Shown here one piece after another: positions 1 through 9,246 of a stretch of DNA of 64,000 nt. Under the pieces are notes generated by a model. It saw nothing but the letters and a program-made list of their open reading frames with translations, made no database searches and had not been told where the DNA came from. The translations under genes and the position numbers were made by a program. The stretch spans positions 18,659-82,658 of the forward strand of contig JAGBSX010000022.1 in assembly GCA_017631635.1 (NCBI GenBank). Reading direction: 5' to 3'. Positions within the stretch are counted from its first letter, which is position 1. Each line of letters opens with the position of its first letter. This DNA is from Clostridia bacterium. GTDB taxonomy: Bacteria; Bacillota; Clostridia; Christensenellales; RUG350.

Positions 1-122
1 TTAGACACAGACACAGGCTCTCTCACAAGGTTGGCGTCTTGCTCTTCGAGGAAGTTCTCCTCGTGATTGATATCTTGTAGCAAGGCAGCGAGCCCCTTGC
101 CTAATCCGGATTTTTTCTTCAT
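1..122 (-). CDS. parB: ParB/Spo0J chromosome partitioning protein, N-terminal 40 aa only (continues off the left edge)
   Basis: Minus-strand ATG at 122-120 overlaps the parA stop by 1 nt. It translates to MKKKSGLGKGLAALLQDINHEENFLEEQDANLVREPVSVS; GLGKGLxALL is the typical ParB N-terminus. Sits directly downstream of parA. Confidence 0.85.
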   Translation of the reverse strand, partial: MKKKSGLGKGLAALLQDINHEENFLEEQDANLVREPVSVS

Positions 123-910
123 TATTTTTTGCCTCCGTTTTGTCTTTGCTTAAATTCTTCTTTGAGGTGATAGTATGCTCTAGCGCCAGTACATCTACGC
201 TCGTAGTTCACTATAGGCTCGCCGTGGCTAGGTGCTTCGGCTAGTTTGACATTTCTAGGGATAGTCACGTCAAATACTTTGTCTCCAAAATATTTGCGTA
301 CTTCTTCGGCTACTTGTTGAGCGAGTTTGCTACGACTATCGCAAAGAGTGAGTAGTACACCTGCTATATTTAGATTTGGATTAAATCCGTGTTTGCGTAT
401 TAATCTCACGGTATTCATCAGTTGAGTGAGTCCCTCTAGTGCGAAGAATTCGCATTGAATAGGTACTATTATCTCATCTGCAGCAGTGAGAGCATTGATA
501 GTGAGTAGTCCTAGTGATGGTGGACAGTCTATAAATATATAGTCCCACTCATCTTTGATTTTCTCTAGTGCATCTTTGACGACAAATTCTCTACGAGTGT
601 CTAGTTGCACCAGTTCGACCTCTGCGCCTGCTAGGTCGATATTTGTACCTAGTACCTTGAGGGTAGGGATAGAGGTGTCTTGGAATATCTCGTTGTCACG
701 GATATCCTCGTCTCCTGTGATTATATCGTATATAGATACGGTATCGTCGCCCTTGCTAGCGCCTAGTCCACTAGTAGCATTACCCTGTGGGTCCATGTCT
801 ACTACTAGCACTTTGAGTCTGTCAAATGCTAGGTATGCTGCTAAGTTGATACAAGTAGTCGTCTTGCCTACGCCACCTTTTTGGTTGGCTACTGCTATTA
901 TTTTGCCCAT
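122..910 (-). CDS. parA: ParA/Soj chromosome partitioning ATPase
   Basis: 262 aa. Deviant Walker A motif AVANQKGGVGKTTT, then DxDPQGN. Synteny rsmG-parA-parB. Confidence 0.95.
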   Translation of the reverse strand: MGKIIAVANQKGGVGKTTTCINLAAYLAFDRLKVLVVDMDPQGNATSGLGASKGDDTVSIYDIITGDEDIRDNEIFQDTSIPTLKVLGTNIDLAGAEVELVQLDTRREFVVKDALEKIKDEWDYIFIDCPPSLGLLTINALTAADEIIVPIQCEFFALEGLTQLMNTVRLIRKHGFNPNLNIAGVLLTLCDSRSKLAQQVAEEVRKYFGDKVFDVTIPRNVKLAEAPSHGEPIVNYERRCTGARAYYHLKEEFKQRQNGGKK

Positions 911-924
911 GGTCCAGTCTCCTT

Positions 925-1614
925 TTATAGTGGTGATTTTCGTGCTTTGCCACCCTCACGAGGGTATCTTGGGGGAGTAGGTCTCACCTTGTCTAGCAGG
1001 ATAAGACATCTACTATAGTCGCTATCGGGTATAGTGTAGGGTACTATCTCGCGTAGTTGAGCACCTAGTACCTTGACTGCATTTGCCCCTTCGTCGTATT
1101 CGCTAGGGAGGGTCTTGTATGCTATCATACGACCTCCCACCTTGAGTAGTGGTAGACAATATTCGCATAGTGGACTCATAGACGCTACTGCTCTAGCAGT
1201 CACTATGTCATAATTCTCTCTACGCACCTTGGCTAGGTCTTCGGCACGAGTATTGAGCACGGTTGCGTTGAGAGATAGGGTGTCTACTACGTCTTGCAAA
1301 AAAGTAGTCTTCTTGCCTATAGAGTCGGTGAGTGTGTAGTGGATATCCTCTCTCATGATGAGTAGTGGGATAGCAGGCAATCCTGCGCCACTACCTACGT
1401 CTAGACACTTCGCGCCACTAGGTATATGCTCCATACCTGCCAAAGAATCAGCGAAATGCTTGAGTACGGCATCTACTTGGTCAACTATACGTGTGAGGTT
1501 AAATCTTGAGTTGTAGTCTATCATCATATCGTAATATCTAACGAAGTCGGACACTTGTTTGTCCGTCATAGATATACCCATACGTGATGCTACTGAGATG
1601 AGATAATCTTGCAT
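925..1614 (-). CDS. rsmG: 16S rRNA (guanine527-N7)-methyltransferase RsmG (GidB)
   Basis: 229 aa. SAM-binding motif LDVGSGAGLPAIPL; RsmG-like length; position upstream of parAB. Confidence 0.9.
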   Translation of the reverse strand: MQDYLISVASRMGISMTDKQVSDFVRYYDMMIDYNSRFNLTRIVDQVDAVLKHFADSLAGMEHIPSGAKCLDVGSGAGLPAIPLLIMREDIHYTLTDSIGKKTTFLQDVVDTLSLNATVLNTRAEDLAKVRRENYDIVTARAVASMSPLCEYCLPLLKVGGRMIAYKTLPSEYDEGANAVKVLGAQLREIVPYTIPDSDYSRCLILLDKVRPTPPRYPREGGKARKSPL

Positions 1615-1636
1615 AAGTACTCCTCGTATTTATTTG

Positions 1637-1665
1637 ATTATAATATAATCAACCAAAATATGCAA
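1637..1665 (-). promoter_or_regulatory. Predicted sigma70-type promoter for rsmG-parA-parB
   Basis: Minus strand reads TTGCAT-17 nt-TATAAT (-35 at 1665-1660, -10 at 1642-1637), about 20 nt upstream of the rsmG SD (GAGGAG). Confidence 0.5.
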
Positions 1666-1730
1666 GCAAATTAGCAATATTGTTCCACGAAAATACTATG
1701 AAACATTTTGCCCTGGTGAAACTATGTGAA

Positions 1731-1766
1731 ACAAAATAAATAAACGCACGAGATTTTCGTGCGTTT
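1731..1766 (-). terminator. Rho-independent terminator downstream of the lipoprotein gene
   Basis: 9-bp stem AACGCACGA/TCGTGCGTT (1743-1751/1757-1765), 5-nt loop, T-rich run on the minus strand. Confidence 0.7.
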
Positions 1767-1795
1767 ATAGTAAACAACAAGGTTTTTAGGCGAAT

Positions 1796-3403
1796 TTAAT
1801 CATTGCGCCATGGTATAGGAGTTTGGTTTTCTCCGTAGTGCCAGTATTTATCGCCAGAGGCTAGTTGTTGGCTAGTAGGCTCGGTAGCAGAGTAGTAGTA
1901 TACGGTAGCATTGAGACCAGTATCACCATTTTGGATATTTGACCAGTACGTGCTATCGAGACGGTAGTATACTTGCACTGGTGTAGAGGTAGTCTCAAAG
2001 GCATTTGCCTCTATACTACGCAAAGATGCTCCTATTACCAAAGTGTTGAGGGAGGTACAACCCTCAAATGCTCCTGACTTGATAGTGTGTATACCAGGAT
2101 TGCGAGTATTGTAGGTGTCGGATACAATGACTACTTTCTCTAGAGAGGTGCAACCTGCGAATTCGCCTGCAGGTATCTCCTTCATAGTTCTAGGTAGAGT
2201 GATACCCGTGATATCAGTACCTGCCAAGAATCCGTCTAGACTGACTACGCCCATAGGCAATACGATATCTCCACTTAGGTCACTAGATACGCTATATATG
2301 ATAGGCTTGTCATTTCCGTAGCCATCGTCGGAGACACTCATTTCGTACAATATACCGTCTTGGTAGAAGAAGGATGCGTTTTCAGGCAAAGTGACGATAG
2401 CATTTGAGCCGTTGAAAGCACGTTTTTGAAATCCTGTCCATTCTGTCACCACGACTTCGCTGATGAGTTCGTTGGTAAAGGCGTTGGTAGGTACGTAGAT
2501 TAGTCTTTCGGGGAGTACTAGTTTGGTTATTCGGTGAGTACCTTGATAGATGTTCGCCTGCATATATTGTACGTATATGTCGTGTATTTTGGCAGGTATG
2601 ACTAGTTCGTTTGTTGGAGCGAGAGTAGATATAGAGGTCAAGGTATAATATCCAGGAGCATAGTTCATAGGAGTATACTCAAAGGTTAGACCTGTGTATG
2701 TCCACTTGGCATAGATATCTACACTTCCTAGAGTACCACTATTTAGTAGGTCGTTGTCGTATGGCGTCTCATAGTTCTCATCGAAGTACCAGCCGTCAAA
2801 TACGTAATCATCTATATAGACGTTGCCCACTAGTTGAGAGGTGTATCCTGCGTGTTGGTCAAATTCTCCTACTAGACTATTTGCATTTGGCACGTCTGCC
2901 CAACGGCATAGAGCGTGGTCTAGGTCAAAATAAAAGTGGTCGTATACAGATATAGTGTAATCCATAGTGTCCGTATCAGTACCGTTATAGTGAATAGTGG
3001 CAGTTAGGTCGAGAGTCTCACTCCTTCCATATATTTGACAAGAGTATTCTATTACCTTTTCGTTGCCGTCAAATCTTTCGCCACTTGGATGAAACATATC
3101 TGCAGTCACGGTGATTTGGTCACCGGGTTGGAGAGGTTCGGTGGAGAACTCTGTCATCCATCCTACAAATGCTACTCCGCTTACTACAGGGAAGGCAGGC
3201 ATAATAAGTGGCTCTCCTAGATTGCAAGAGACTTCTAGAAACTCTGAGTACCCACCTGCTAGGGGGCTATATCCAAAACTGACCGTATACTCCTCACGCG
3301 TGCTAGGCTCGCCACTAGGAGCAGTACATCCTGCTAGTGAAAAAGCAACGGTGATACTCACAAATATAGATAGCAATATAGTGATAAAAGATTTCTTCAT
3401 CAT
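1796..3403 (-). CDS. Surface lipoprotein with Listeria-Bacteroides-type repeat and BspA-like leucine-rich repeats
   Basis: Start moved to MMKKSF, which has GAGGAGG just upstream. Signal peptide with lipobox LAGC. YVFDGWYFDENYETPY-type repeat. C-terminal repeats such as IPAGEFAGCTSLEKVVI and IKSGAFEGCTSLNTLVI are typical of BspA-type LRRs. Confidence 0.8.
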   Translation of the reverse strand: MMKKSFITILLSIFVSITVAFSLAGCTAPSGEPSTREEYTVSFGYSPLAGGYSEFLEVSCNLGEPLIMPAFPVVSGVAFVGWMTEFSTEPLQPGDQITVTADMFHPSGERFDGNEKVIEYSCQIYGRSETLDLTATIHYNGTDTDTMDYTISVYDHFYFDLDHALCRWADVPNANSLVGEFDQHAGYTSQLVGNVYIDDYVFDGWYFDENYETPYDNDLLNSGTLGSVDIYAKWTYTGLTFEYTPMNYAPGYYTLTSISTLAPTNELVIPAKIHDIYVQYMQANIYQGTHRITKLVLPERLIYVPTNAFTNELISEVVVTEWTGFQKRAFNGSNAIVTLPENASFFYQDGILYEMSVSDDGYGNDKPIIYSVSSDLSGDIVLPMGVVSLDGFLAGTDITGITLPRTMKEIPAGEFAGCTSLEKVVIVSDTYNTRNPGIHTIKSGAFEGCTSLNTLVIGASLRSIEANAFETTSTPVQVYYRLDSTYWSNIQNGDTGLNATVYYYSATEPTSQQLASGDKYWHYGENQTPIPWRND

Positions 3404-3536
3404 ATCCTCCTCGTTGATTTTGGTAAAATCAAAAATCATCAACTATTTAATTATATTAAATATACAGATTGCTATTTTCAAATACCAATATATTTTCTAC
3501 AAGTCAAGTGGTGCTATCCTTTGATAAAAAAATAAG

Positions 3537-3565
3537 TTGATTTTTGAGAGAGTGTGTGATATCAT
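3537..3565 (+). promoter_or_regulatory. Predicted promoter for the 3595-4788 membrane-protein pair
   Basis: TTGATT-17 nt-TATCAT. The spacer contains GAGAGTGTGTGATAT, which is shared with the promoter at 27658. Confidence 0.5.
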
Positions 3566-3594
3566 TAGCATATGACACCTTGTAGGAGGAGATT

Positions 3595-4164
3595 ATGAAA
3601 GCAAAGATAGGTTTTTTGGCGTTTCATATACTATTTGCGCTATGCCAAGTGACTATGTCCGTATTGGGTATGCAACTGGTATCTCTAGCGTGCTACATAG
3701 CAGGCGCTGTGGTGGTGATAGTAGGATTGCTAGCATTTTTGCCTGGAGTGAGATTTTGGACAGGTATTTCGGAGTTTGGCTCTAGATTTGAGGCGAACAA
3801 TATCCCTACGGCATTTGTCACTATGATAATTACTATGCTGATAGGTGGTGCGATAGCGTATATCCCACATTTTTTGGGAGAATTAGGATTGTTTGCTCCT
3901 ATATTTAGTTATTTGGTAGCATTGTTTGTAGGACTCAAGATTATCGCAGAGAATAGTCAGTGGCAGTACTACTTGGGAGGTGCTACGCGCTGGATGGGCA
4001 AATTAGTCCCTTGCGTGTATATAGTGGCTATATCTATCATCATATTGCCTGTACTCAATCCTTATATAGTAGTCGGCCCTGCGTTGCAAATAATACTTAT
4101 GATAGTCGCATCCGTATTCCATCTGGTTCGCACCATTTTGGTGGTAGTCAACGACCCGTTTTAG
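3595..4164 (+). CDS. Hypothetical polytopic membrane protein
   Basis: 189 aa, about 5-6 hydrophobic helices, SD GGAGGAG 5 nt upstream. No family recognised. Confidence 0.6.
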   Translation: MKAKIGFLAFHILFALCQVTMSVLGMQLVSLACYIAGAVVVIVGLLAFLPGVRFWTGISEFGSRFEANNIPTAFVTMIITMLIGGAIAYIPHFLGELGLFAPIFSYLVALFVGLKIIAENSQWQYYLGGATRWMGKLVPCVYIVAISIIILPVLNPYIVVGPALQIILMIVASVFHLVRTILVVVNDPF

Positions 4165-4173
4165 GAGGCTAGT

Positions 4174-4788
4174 ATGAAGAAATCAGGATTATTTTATATC
4201 ATACCGTTGATGGTGGTCGCATTGTTTGTCGTGGTATTACTATGGATATATTCTGCCACCGATTTGTTCTATAGTGAAAATTACAAAATCATTGACACGA
4301 TAATAGGTGTGTTTTTGATAATATTAGGGATATATTGTGCGTGTGTTATATTTTTATCAGCAGATGAGAGTGATAGAGAAAGTTTTGCAGATTTGCTCAA
4401 GCAAATAGGTGGAGTCATAGGTACGGGTATAGCAGGATTGATGATATACAACGCAGGCGTTTACTTCTTGTCAGGATTGAATAGTTTGTCCACTATGATA
4501 CTATACGATATCATGATGTACGGCAACTATGCCGTAGCGATTATATGCTTGATAGGTACTATCAAGATGTTTAAGCCTGATGAGTGGCACTCATTGTCTA
4601 TTCGCTCCAAGATTGTCCGTCCACTAGTGGTCGTATGTTCGGTGGTAGGGTTGGTCAATTATATGGGCTCTCTCATAAGTGGAGAATTGCAATCGATTGA
4701 TTACACTATGCTAGTGTTATCCTTGACTATATTCGTAGTCAATCTAGCCTATGTGCTAATATCTTCATATTATCGTGACAATTATTAA
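4174..4788 (+). CDS. Hypothetical polytopic membrane protein
   Basis: 204 aa, multiple hydrophobic helices, SD AGGAGG upstream, tightly coupled to the previous ORF. No family recognised. Confidence 0.6.
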   Translation: MKKSGLFYIIPLMVVALFVVVLLWIYSATDLFYSENYKIIDTIIGVFLIILGIYCACVIFLSADESDRESFADLLKQIGGVIGTGIAGLMIYNAGVYFLSGLNSLSTMILYDIMMYGNYAVAIICLIGTIKMFKPDEWHSLSIRSKIVRPLVVVCSVVGLVNYMGSLISGELQSIDYTMLVLSLTIFVVNLAYVLISSYYRDNY

Positions 4789-4793
4789 GATAC

Positions 4794-4827
4794 AAAAAGA
4801 CTTGAGAAAACTACTCAAGTCTTTTTT
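4794..4827. terminator. Bidirectional rho-independent terminator
   Basis: 9-bp stem AGACTTGAG/CTCAAGTCT (4798-4806/4814-4822). A5 upstream and T6 downstream. Lies between convergent genes. Confidence 0.75.
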
Positions 4828-4898
4828 ATTGCGTTATTATTTATTTGAGATACTATTAGTTTTAGTCAATAGCGTCTTTATTATTGTCTTTTGAGATA

Positions 4899-6041
4899 TC
4901 ATATCCCTAGTTCTCTCATCAGGTTAGCCACTTTGTCCACTTGAGCATTGTCCATATTGACACTATGACCTAGTTCGGATACGGCTCGTTGTCTAGTGGA
5001 TTTGTTTAGTAGATTAAACCACCTACGCACTTGATATATAGGAGTTAGAATTTTGTGTTTTTGTAGTATAGGGTACTGGTATTTGAGTTTTTCGTACGGT
5101 AGCCATATCCTAGAGAATATATGCTTTTTGCCACCCTTGGTAGATTTCTCTATAGCGACGTAGTTCTTGATGTCTCCGTACATACCGGCATTTACCAAAT
5201 AATCTTGCATACTTTCTACTAGTTTGGAACTTTTGCCTTCTTTAAACCAGCACTTAGCCAATGATACCACTCCATCATTAAATCTAGTGAGTCCACCTCT
5301 ATCTAGCAAGGTGGTCAATGAGTCCTTGTCAATATCTAGGTGAGTGTCGAGTAGGCATAGGTCGAGGAAAAATCTAATACCACAACCCCCTGCTTTGAAA
5401 TGTCCTGCCATATGAGACAGGTGATAATAATAAAACATCTCGTCTTTTAGACGATACCTACACCCCTCTTGGGGAGTGGCGTAGTCCCACACCTCGTCTA
5501 GCACCTTGTCCCAAGGGTAGGAGGTGGAGTTTAATTTGTAATGAAGTTCTATATGCACTCCTATCTTGGAGTATAGACTGATATCGTGATTTCCTTTCTT
5601 GTCGCTACGGTAGTTGAGTGAGGATACTAGGCATTGCACAGCCCTATCCAAATCTTCTTCTTTGACAAGCACGTCTATATCGCAACTCGTCCTCATCCAG
5701 GGTAGGGGATAATAACCTCTAATCACACTACCTTTGAGTGGGATATAGGGGATATTTGCCTCCTGCAAGACTTTGGAGAGTTGGTCTAGTTCGTATTGCA
5801 TAAACTTGTAGCGATAGGTAGCCATATTTAGTTGTTCTAGGTAGAGTTGTCTAACTTCTGGACAATCGGTCAGTAGAGAGTTTTTCTCTAAGACGTCCCC
5901 TACTATATGTGCTAAGTCGTGCTTTTGGGCAAGCAAAAACAACGACTTTAGATTGTCAGCCGTTAGTTTTTTGTCTATATCAGGAGGCATACTTTCACCA
6001 AATACACCCACCCTCAATATCGCCGTCAAAGCACTCAACAT
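4899..6041 (-). CDS. Nucleotidyltransferase-family protein, of the uncharacterised NTP-transferase type common in capsule loci
   Basis: 380 aa. The CDIDVLV motif and overall pattern resemble the uncharacterised nucleotidyltransferase family. Located at the distal end of the polysaccharide locus. Confidence 0.6.
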   Translation of the reverse strand: MLSALTAILRVGVFGESMPPDIDKKLTADNLKSLFLLAQKHDLAHIVGDVLEKNSLLTDCPEVRQLYLEQLNMATYRYKFMQYELDQLSKVLQEANIPYIPLKGSVIRGYYPLPWMRTSCDIDVLVKEEDLDRAVQCLVSSLNYRSDKKGNHDISLYSKIGVHIELHYKLNSTSYPWDKVLDEVWDYATPQEGCRYRLKDEMFYYYHLSHMAGHFKAGGCGIRFFLDLCLLDTHLDIDKDSLTTLLDRGGLTRFNDGVVSLAKCWFKEGKSSKLVESMQDYLVNAGMYGDIKNYVAIEKSTKGGKKHIFSRIWLPYEKLKYQYPILQKHKILTPIYQVRRWFNLLNKSTRQRAVSELGHSVNMDNAQVDKVANLMRELGI

Positions 6042-6056
6042 ATCACTACCTCATAG

Positions 6057-6602
6057 TCAGTTTTCTTTTTTCTCGTTTCTGTACCTTATTACTTTGGCAG
6101 GATTGCCACCTACTATAGCGTACTCAGGCACGTCTTTAGTGACCACAGCACCCGCGCCTATTATGGAGTGGCTACCCACGTGCACGCCTGGTAGTATGGT
6201 CACACGACCACCTATCCACACGTCGTCACCTATGATTACAGGTTTCTCTGGCGAAAAACCTTGGTCACACATAGGTATATCTAGTCTATCAAATGCGTGA
6301 TTAGAGGTGTATATTATGCACTCTGGTCCCATCATCACGTCTTTGCCTATGACAACCTTACCGTGCATTTGAGCATTGATACCTACGCCGGATCTATCTC
6401 CTATCTCCATAGTCGAAGTTATCATAGCACCGTGCTCTATATTGACGTCCTTGCCTACGTATGCGAGAAAGTGTCTAGCAGACTTCTCTCTCAATTTGCG
6501 TGCTCTCTTGCCACCTTTGGCAAAGGAGCAAGGCATATTTTTGGCTATGTTGAAATATAGCCATATATTAAATCTACGAGATATTTTCTTAAATAAATTC
6601 AT
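6057..6602 (-). CDS. Hexapeptide-repeat O-acetyltransferase (maltose/galactoside acetyltransferase-like)
   Basis: 181 aa. Left-handed beta-helix repeats (IGDDVWIGGRVTILPGVHVGSHSIIGAGAVVTKDVP). Within the capsule locus. Confidence 0.85.
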   Translation of the reverse strand: MNLFKKISRRFNIWLYFNIAKNMPCSFAKGGKRARKLREKSARHFLAYVGKDVNIEHGAMITSTMEIGDRSGVGINAQMHGKVVIGKDVMMGPECIIYTSNHAFDRLDIPMCDQGFSPEKPVIIGDDVWIGGRVTILPGVHVGSHSIIGAGAVVTKDVPEYAIVGGNPAKVIRYRNEKKEN

Positions 6603-6606
6603 AATT

Positions 6607-8121
6607 TTACTCCTCTTGACTAGGTTGTTGAGTGTCCTCGGTAGATGCCGTGCTTTGGGAATCAGCAGTTTTCTTGTTTCTTGAGAGCAAGGACTTTAGA
6701 GTGTTTAGTAGATATGTAAATGCAGGTATCTTGAATATGATAGATATACTCACGTATATCACTACACCTGTCACTACTTGCAAGGCTAGTATTAGGTAAG
6801 GGTGTATAGTCAGGAAATTAAATAGATATACTATCACTCCCATTAGCGCTGTGAGTAGCAGGTAGGGGATCATATCTTTGAGTTGCTTGCCTAGGCCATA
6901 TCCATATATCTTGCCATTAGGGATAGCGAGTATTAGGTATTGAAGCAGTAGAGTGACTACTTGAGATAGCACTATCCAAAATACGCCGAATTGTAGGGCT
7001 ATAAATAGTAATATAAGTCCCAAGCATTTGACTATTACACTAATGATTAGTACGAGTGAACTATGACCTCTGGCTTGTATCATGACAGAATTGATACTTA
7101 ACAAAGGATGTATCGCGTAATACATGCACATTAATTGCATGAATATAATGCAACCATTCCACTTGGAGGTGTATAGCAATGGTATTAGGGTAGGAGCTAC
7201 TATCGCAAGACCACACATCACGGGAAACATTAAGTAGCATGCTGCAGATACGCAATTAGATACTGTATGTAGTATATTTTTGTCATCTTGCTTAGCTGAG
7301 AGTACAGGCATGAGTACCGAACGGATAGGATTGATAGCAAATTGACCTATCAATTTTGGCAAGGACGAACCTTTGCTAGAGTATGCTAGGTCTTCGGACG
7401 AATATTTTTTGCCTATGGCTAGAGAATTTGCCTCTGCACATATCGTCTCAAATAGGTTAGTAGCCAAAATTTTCCAACCGTATCCAAATAGAGCCTTGGT
7501 CCTTTGCCACGAATAGCATAGGTGAGGACGCCATTTTGTCACGAAGTATAGAGTAAATTTGTTGATAACTATCTCTATTAGGTTGTGAGCTACTAGTGCC
7601 CATACGCCGAATCCATTGTAGGCAAGGACAATACCTATGATACCTGAGACCAAAGAACCACACAAAGTCGCGAAGAAAAATTTCTTAAACATATAATTCT
7701 TGGTAGCGTATGCTTGTTGTACTGAGCCAAATGCGCCTATAGGTAGTCTCAATCCTAGTACGCGTAGTACGTCGCACAGTACAGGTGTTTCTAACCAAAC
7801 GGATATCGCAGGAGCAGATACGAAGAGAATAGCGTACAATACTATCGCTATCGCCATAGAGGTGTAGAATACCGACGAATAGTCTAGTTCATCAGTATCT
7901 TTCTTTTGGATAAGAGAGGTCGTGAATCCCGAACTAACGAAGGTGTCACATATTGTTATAAATATGCTAGTGAGTGCTATTACACCGTAATCTTCGGGAT
8001 ATAGTAGTCGGGCTAGTACGACTGATAGCACGAATGCCACCATTTTTGTGCCTAGTTGTTCGAGGAATTTCCACATCATACCAGACATTGTGATTTTTCT
8101 ATAATTTACCTTTTCTGCCAT
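6607..8121 (-). CDS. wzx: Polysaccharide flippase (Wzx, MOP superfamily)
   Basis: 504 aa, about 12-14 TM helices, N-terminal pattern typical of polysaccharide biosynthesis/export proteins. Locus context. Confidence 0.8.
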   Translation of the reverse strand: MAEKVNYRKITMSGMMWKFLEQLGTKMVAFVLSVVLARLLYPEDYGVIALTSIFITICDTFVSSGFTTSLIQKKDTDELDYSSVFYTSMAIAIVLYAILFVSAPAISVWLETPVLCDVLRVLGLRLPIGAFGSVQQAYATKNYMFKKFFFATLCGSLVSGIIGIVLAYNGFGVWALVAHNLIEIVINKFTLYFVTKWRPHLCYSWQRTKALFGYGWKILATNLFETICAEANSLAIGKKYSSEDLAYSSKGSSLPKLIGQFAINPIRSVLMPVLSAKQDDKNILHTVSNCVSAACYLMFPVMCGLAIVAPTLIPLLYTSKWNGCIIFMQLMCMYYAIHPLLSINSVMIQARGHSSLVLIISVIVKCLGLILLFIALQFGVFWIVLSQVVTLLLQYLILAIPNGKIYGYGLGKQLKDMIPYLLLTALMGVIVYLFNFLTIHPYLILALQVVTGVVIYVSISIIFKIPAFTYLLNTLKSLLSRNKKTADSQSTASTEDTQQPSQEE

Positions 8122-8129
8122 ATATACTC

Positions 8130-9233
8130 CTAGTCTTTTAGGTCAAATATTTCATTTAACTTTTGGTAATAAGATTTGTTTACCTTGGTCAAATCGTTTT
8201 TAATCACGTCTATAGAAGATATCTCTCCTATAGCAGTAGAGATGCTCTCTATATCACCACGCAAAGATATATTGTTTATCCACTCTATAGCATTTCTAAA
8301 TGCTATTATGTCGCTAAGTACCATAGGTTTGTCAAATACAGCCACTTCTTTTATGGTGATAGGATCAGCCTCGTATTCACTCAACTGTACGTATACGTCG
8401 CAGTTTTTCATAAATCTATATGGATTGGGCTGATTGCCTAGTAGATAGACGTGCTTGTCTAGTCCTAGTGATGATATCTCACTCTCTAGAGAGGATCGTA
8501 GTGGGCCGTCTCCTAGCATATACCAACTAAAATCTACCCCATTGTCCACTAGTCGCTTGGCGACGGATAGACACTTGTGTAGATTTTTTTCGGGAGATAG
8601 CCTAGCGACGGTGAGTATTTTGATACCACTAGAGCTATTGTACTCTTCGCAAGGGGAGAGTCCTGCATCTAGTATACTCTCTACGTTGAGTAGATTTGGC
8701 ATTATATCGTAGTTGATATCAACGCCTAGAGCATCCTCTAGTATGTTTTGCGTATGCTTAGATACGCAGTAGAGTTTGTCGTACTTGGGATAATACTCCT
8801 TGTCCCAAGACTTCATCTTGCCACCAAATTCGTATGAACCATGATGATAAAAAGCATACTTTTTGTCTGCTTTGACTCGGTCTATCACGTAATACTTGGG
8901 GAATCCTACTTGTGGATAAGCGATAGCGATATCATAGTGCTTGGTGAGGGTAGGCATAGCGAGCCAACGCTTTTGGTTTAGTAGACCTAGGCACGATAGC
9001 ACGAAATCCTTGCTAAACACACCATTTTCTCTAAGGGCAGCCCTCACGGACTTGACGGTAGGTACTTTGAGGATATTCACGCCCTCTGGTATAGACATCT
9101 CGTCACTAGTGCGTCCCCACAGTAGCAAGTCCACCTCTACCTTGTCCTTGATAGAGGCGAGGAAGTTGACGAGACTCTTTTGGATACCACCATAGGTCAT
9201 ATATCCCATTACTATTAGACATTTCTTTTTCAC
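8130..9233 (-). CDS. Glycosyltransferase, GT4-like (GT-B fold)
   Basis: 367 aa. The C-terminal pattern LGDGP...YVQLSEYEADPITIKEV resembles the GT1/GT4 E-x7-E region. Confidence 0.75.
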   Translation of the reverse strand: MKKKCLIVMGYMTYGGIQKSLVNFLASIKDKVEVDLLLWGRTSDEMSIPEGVNILKVPTVKSVRAALRENGVFSKDFVLSCLGLLNQKRWLAMPTLTKHYDIAIAYPQVGFPKYYVIDRVKADKKYAFYHHGSYEFGGKMKSWDKEYYPKYDKLYCVSKHTQNILEDALGVDINYDIMPNLLNVESILDAGLSPCEEYNSSSGIKILTVARLSPEKNLHKCLSVAKRLVDNGVDFSWYMLGDGPLRSSLESEISSLGLDKHVYLLGNQPNPYRFMKNCDVYVQLSEYEADPITIKEVAVFDKPMVLSDIIAFRNAIEWINNISLRGDIESISTAIGEISSIDVIKNDLTKVNKSYYQKLNEIFDLKD

Positions 9234-9246
9234 AAGTATCCTCCGA

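Noticed and set aside
1690-1740. Three TGAAAC-containing repeats (ATGAAACA, GTGAAACT, GTGAAACA) near rsmG. Considered as origin-related boxes.
   Set aside because: They do not match the DnaA box consensus TTATCCACA. The motif is short and AT-rich, and no function can be supported from sequence.
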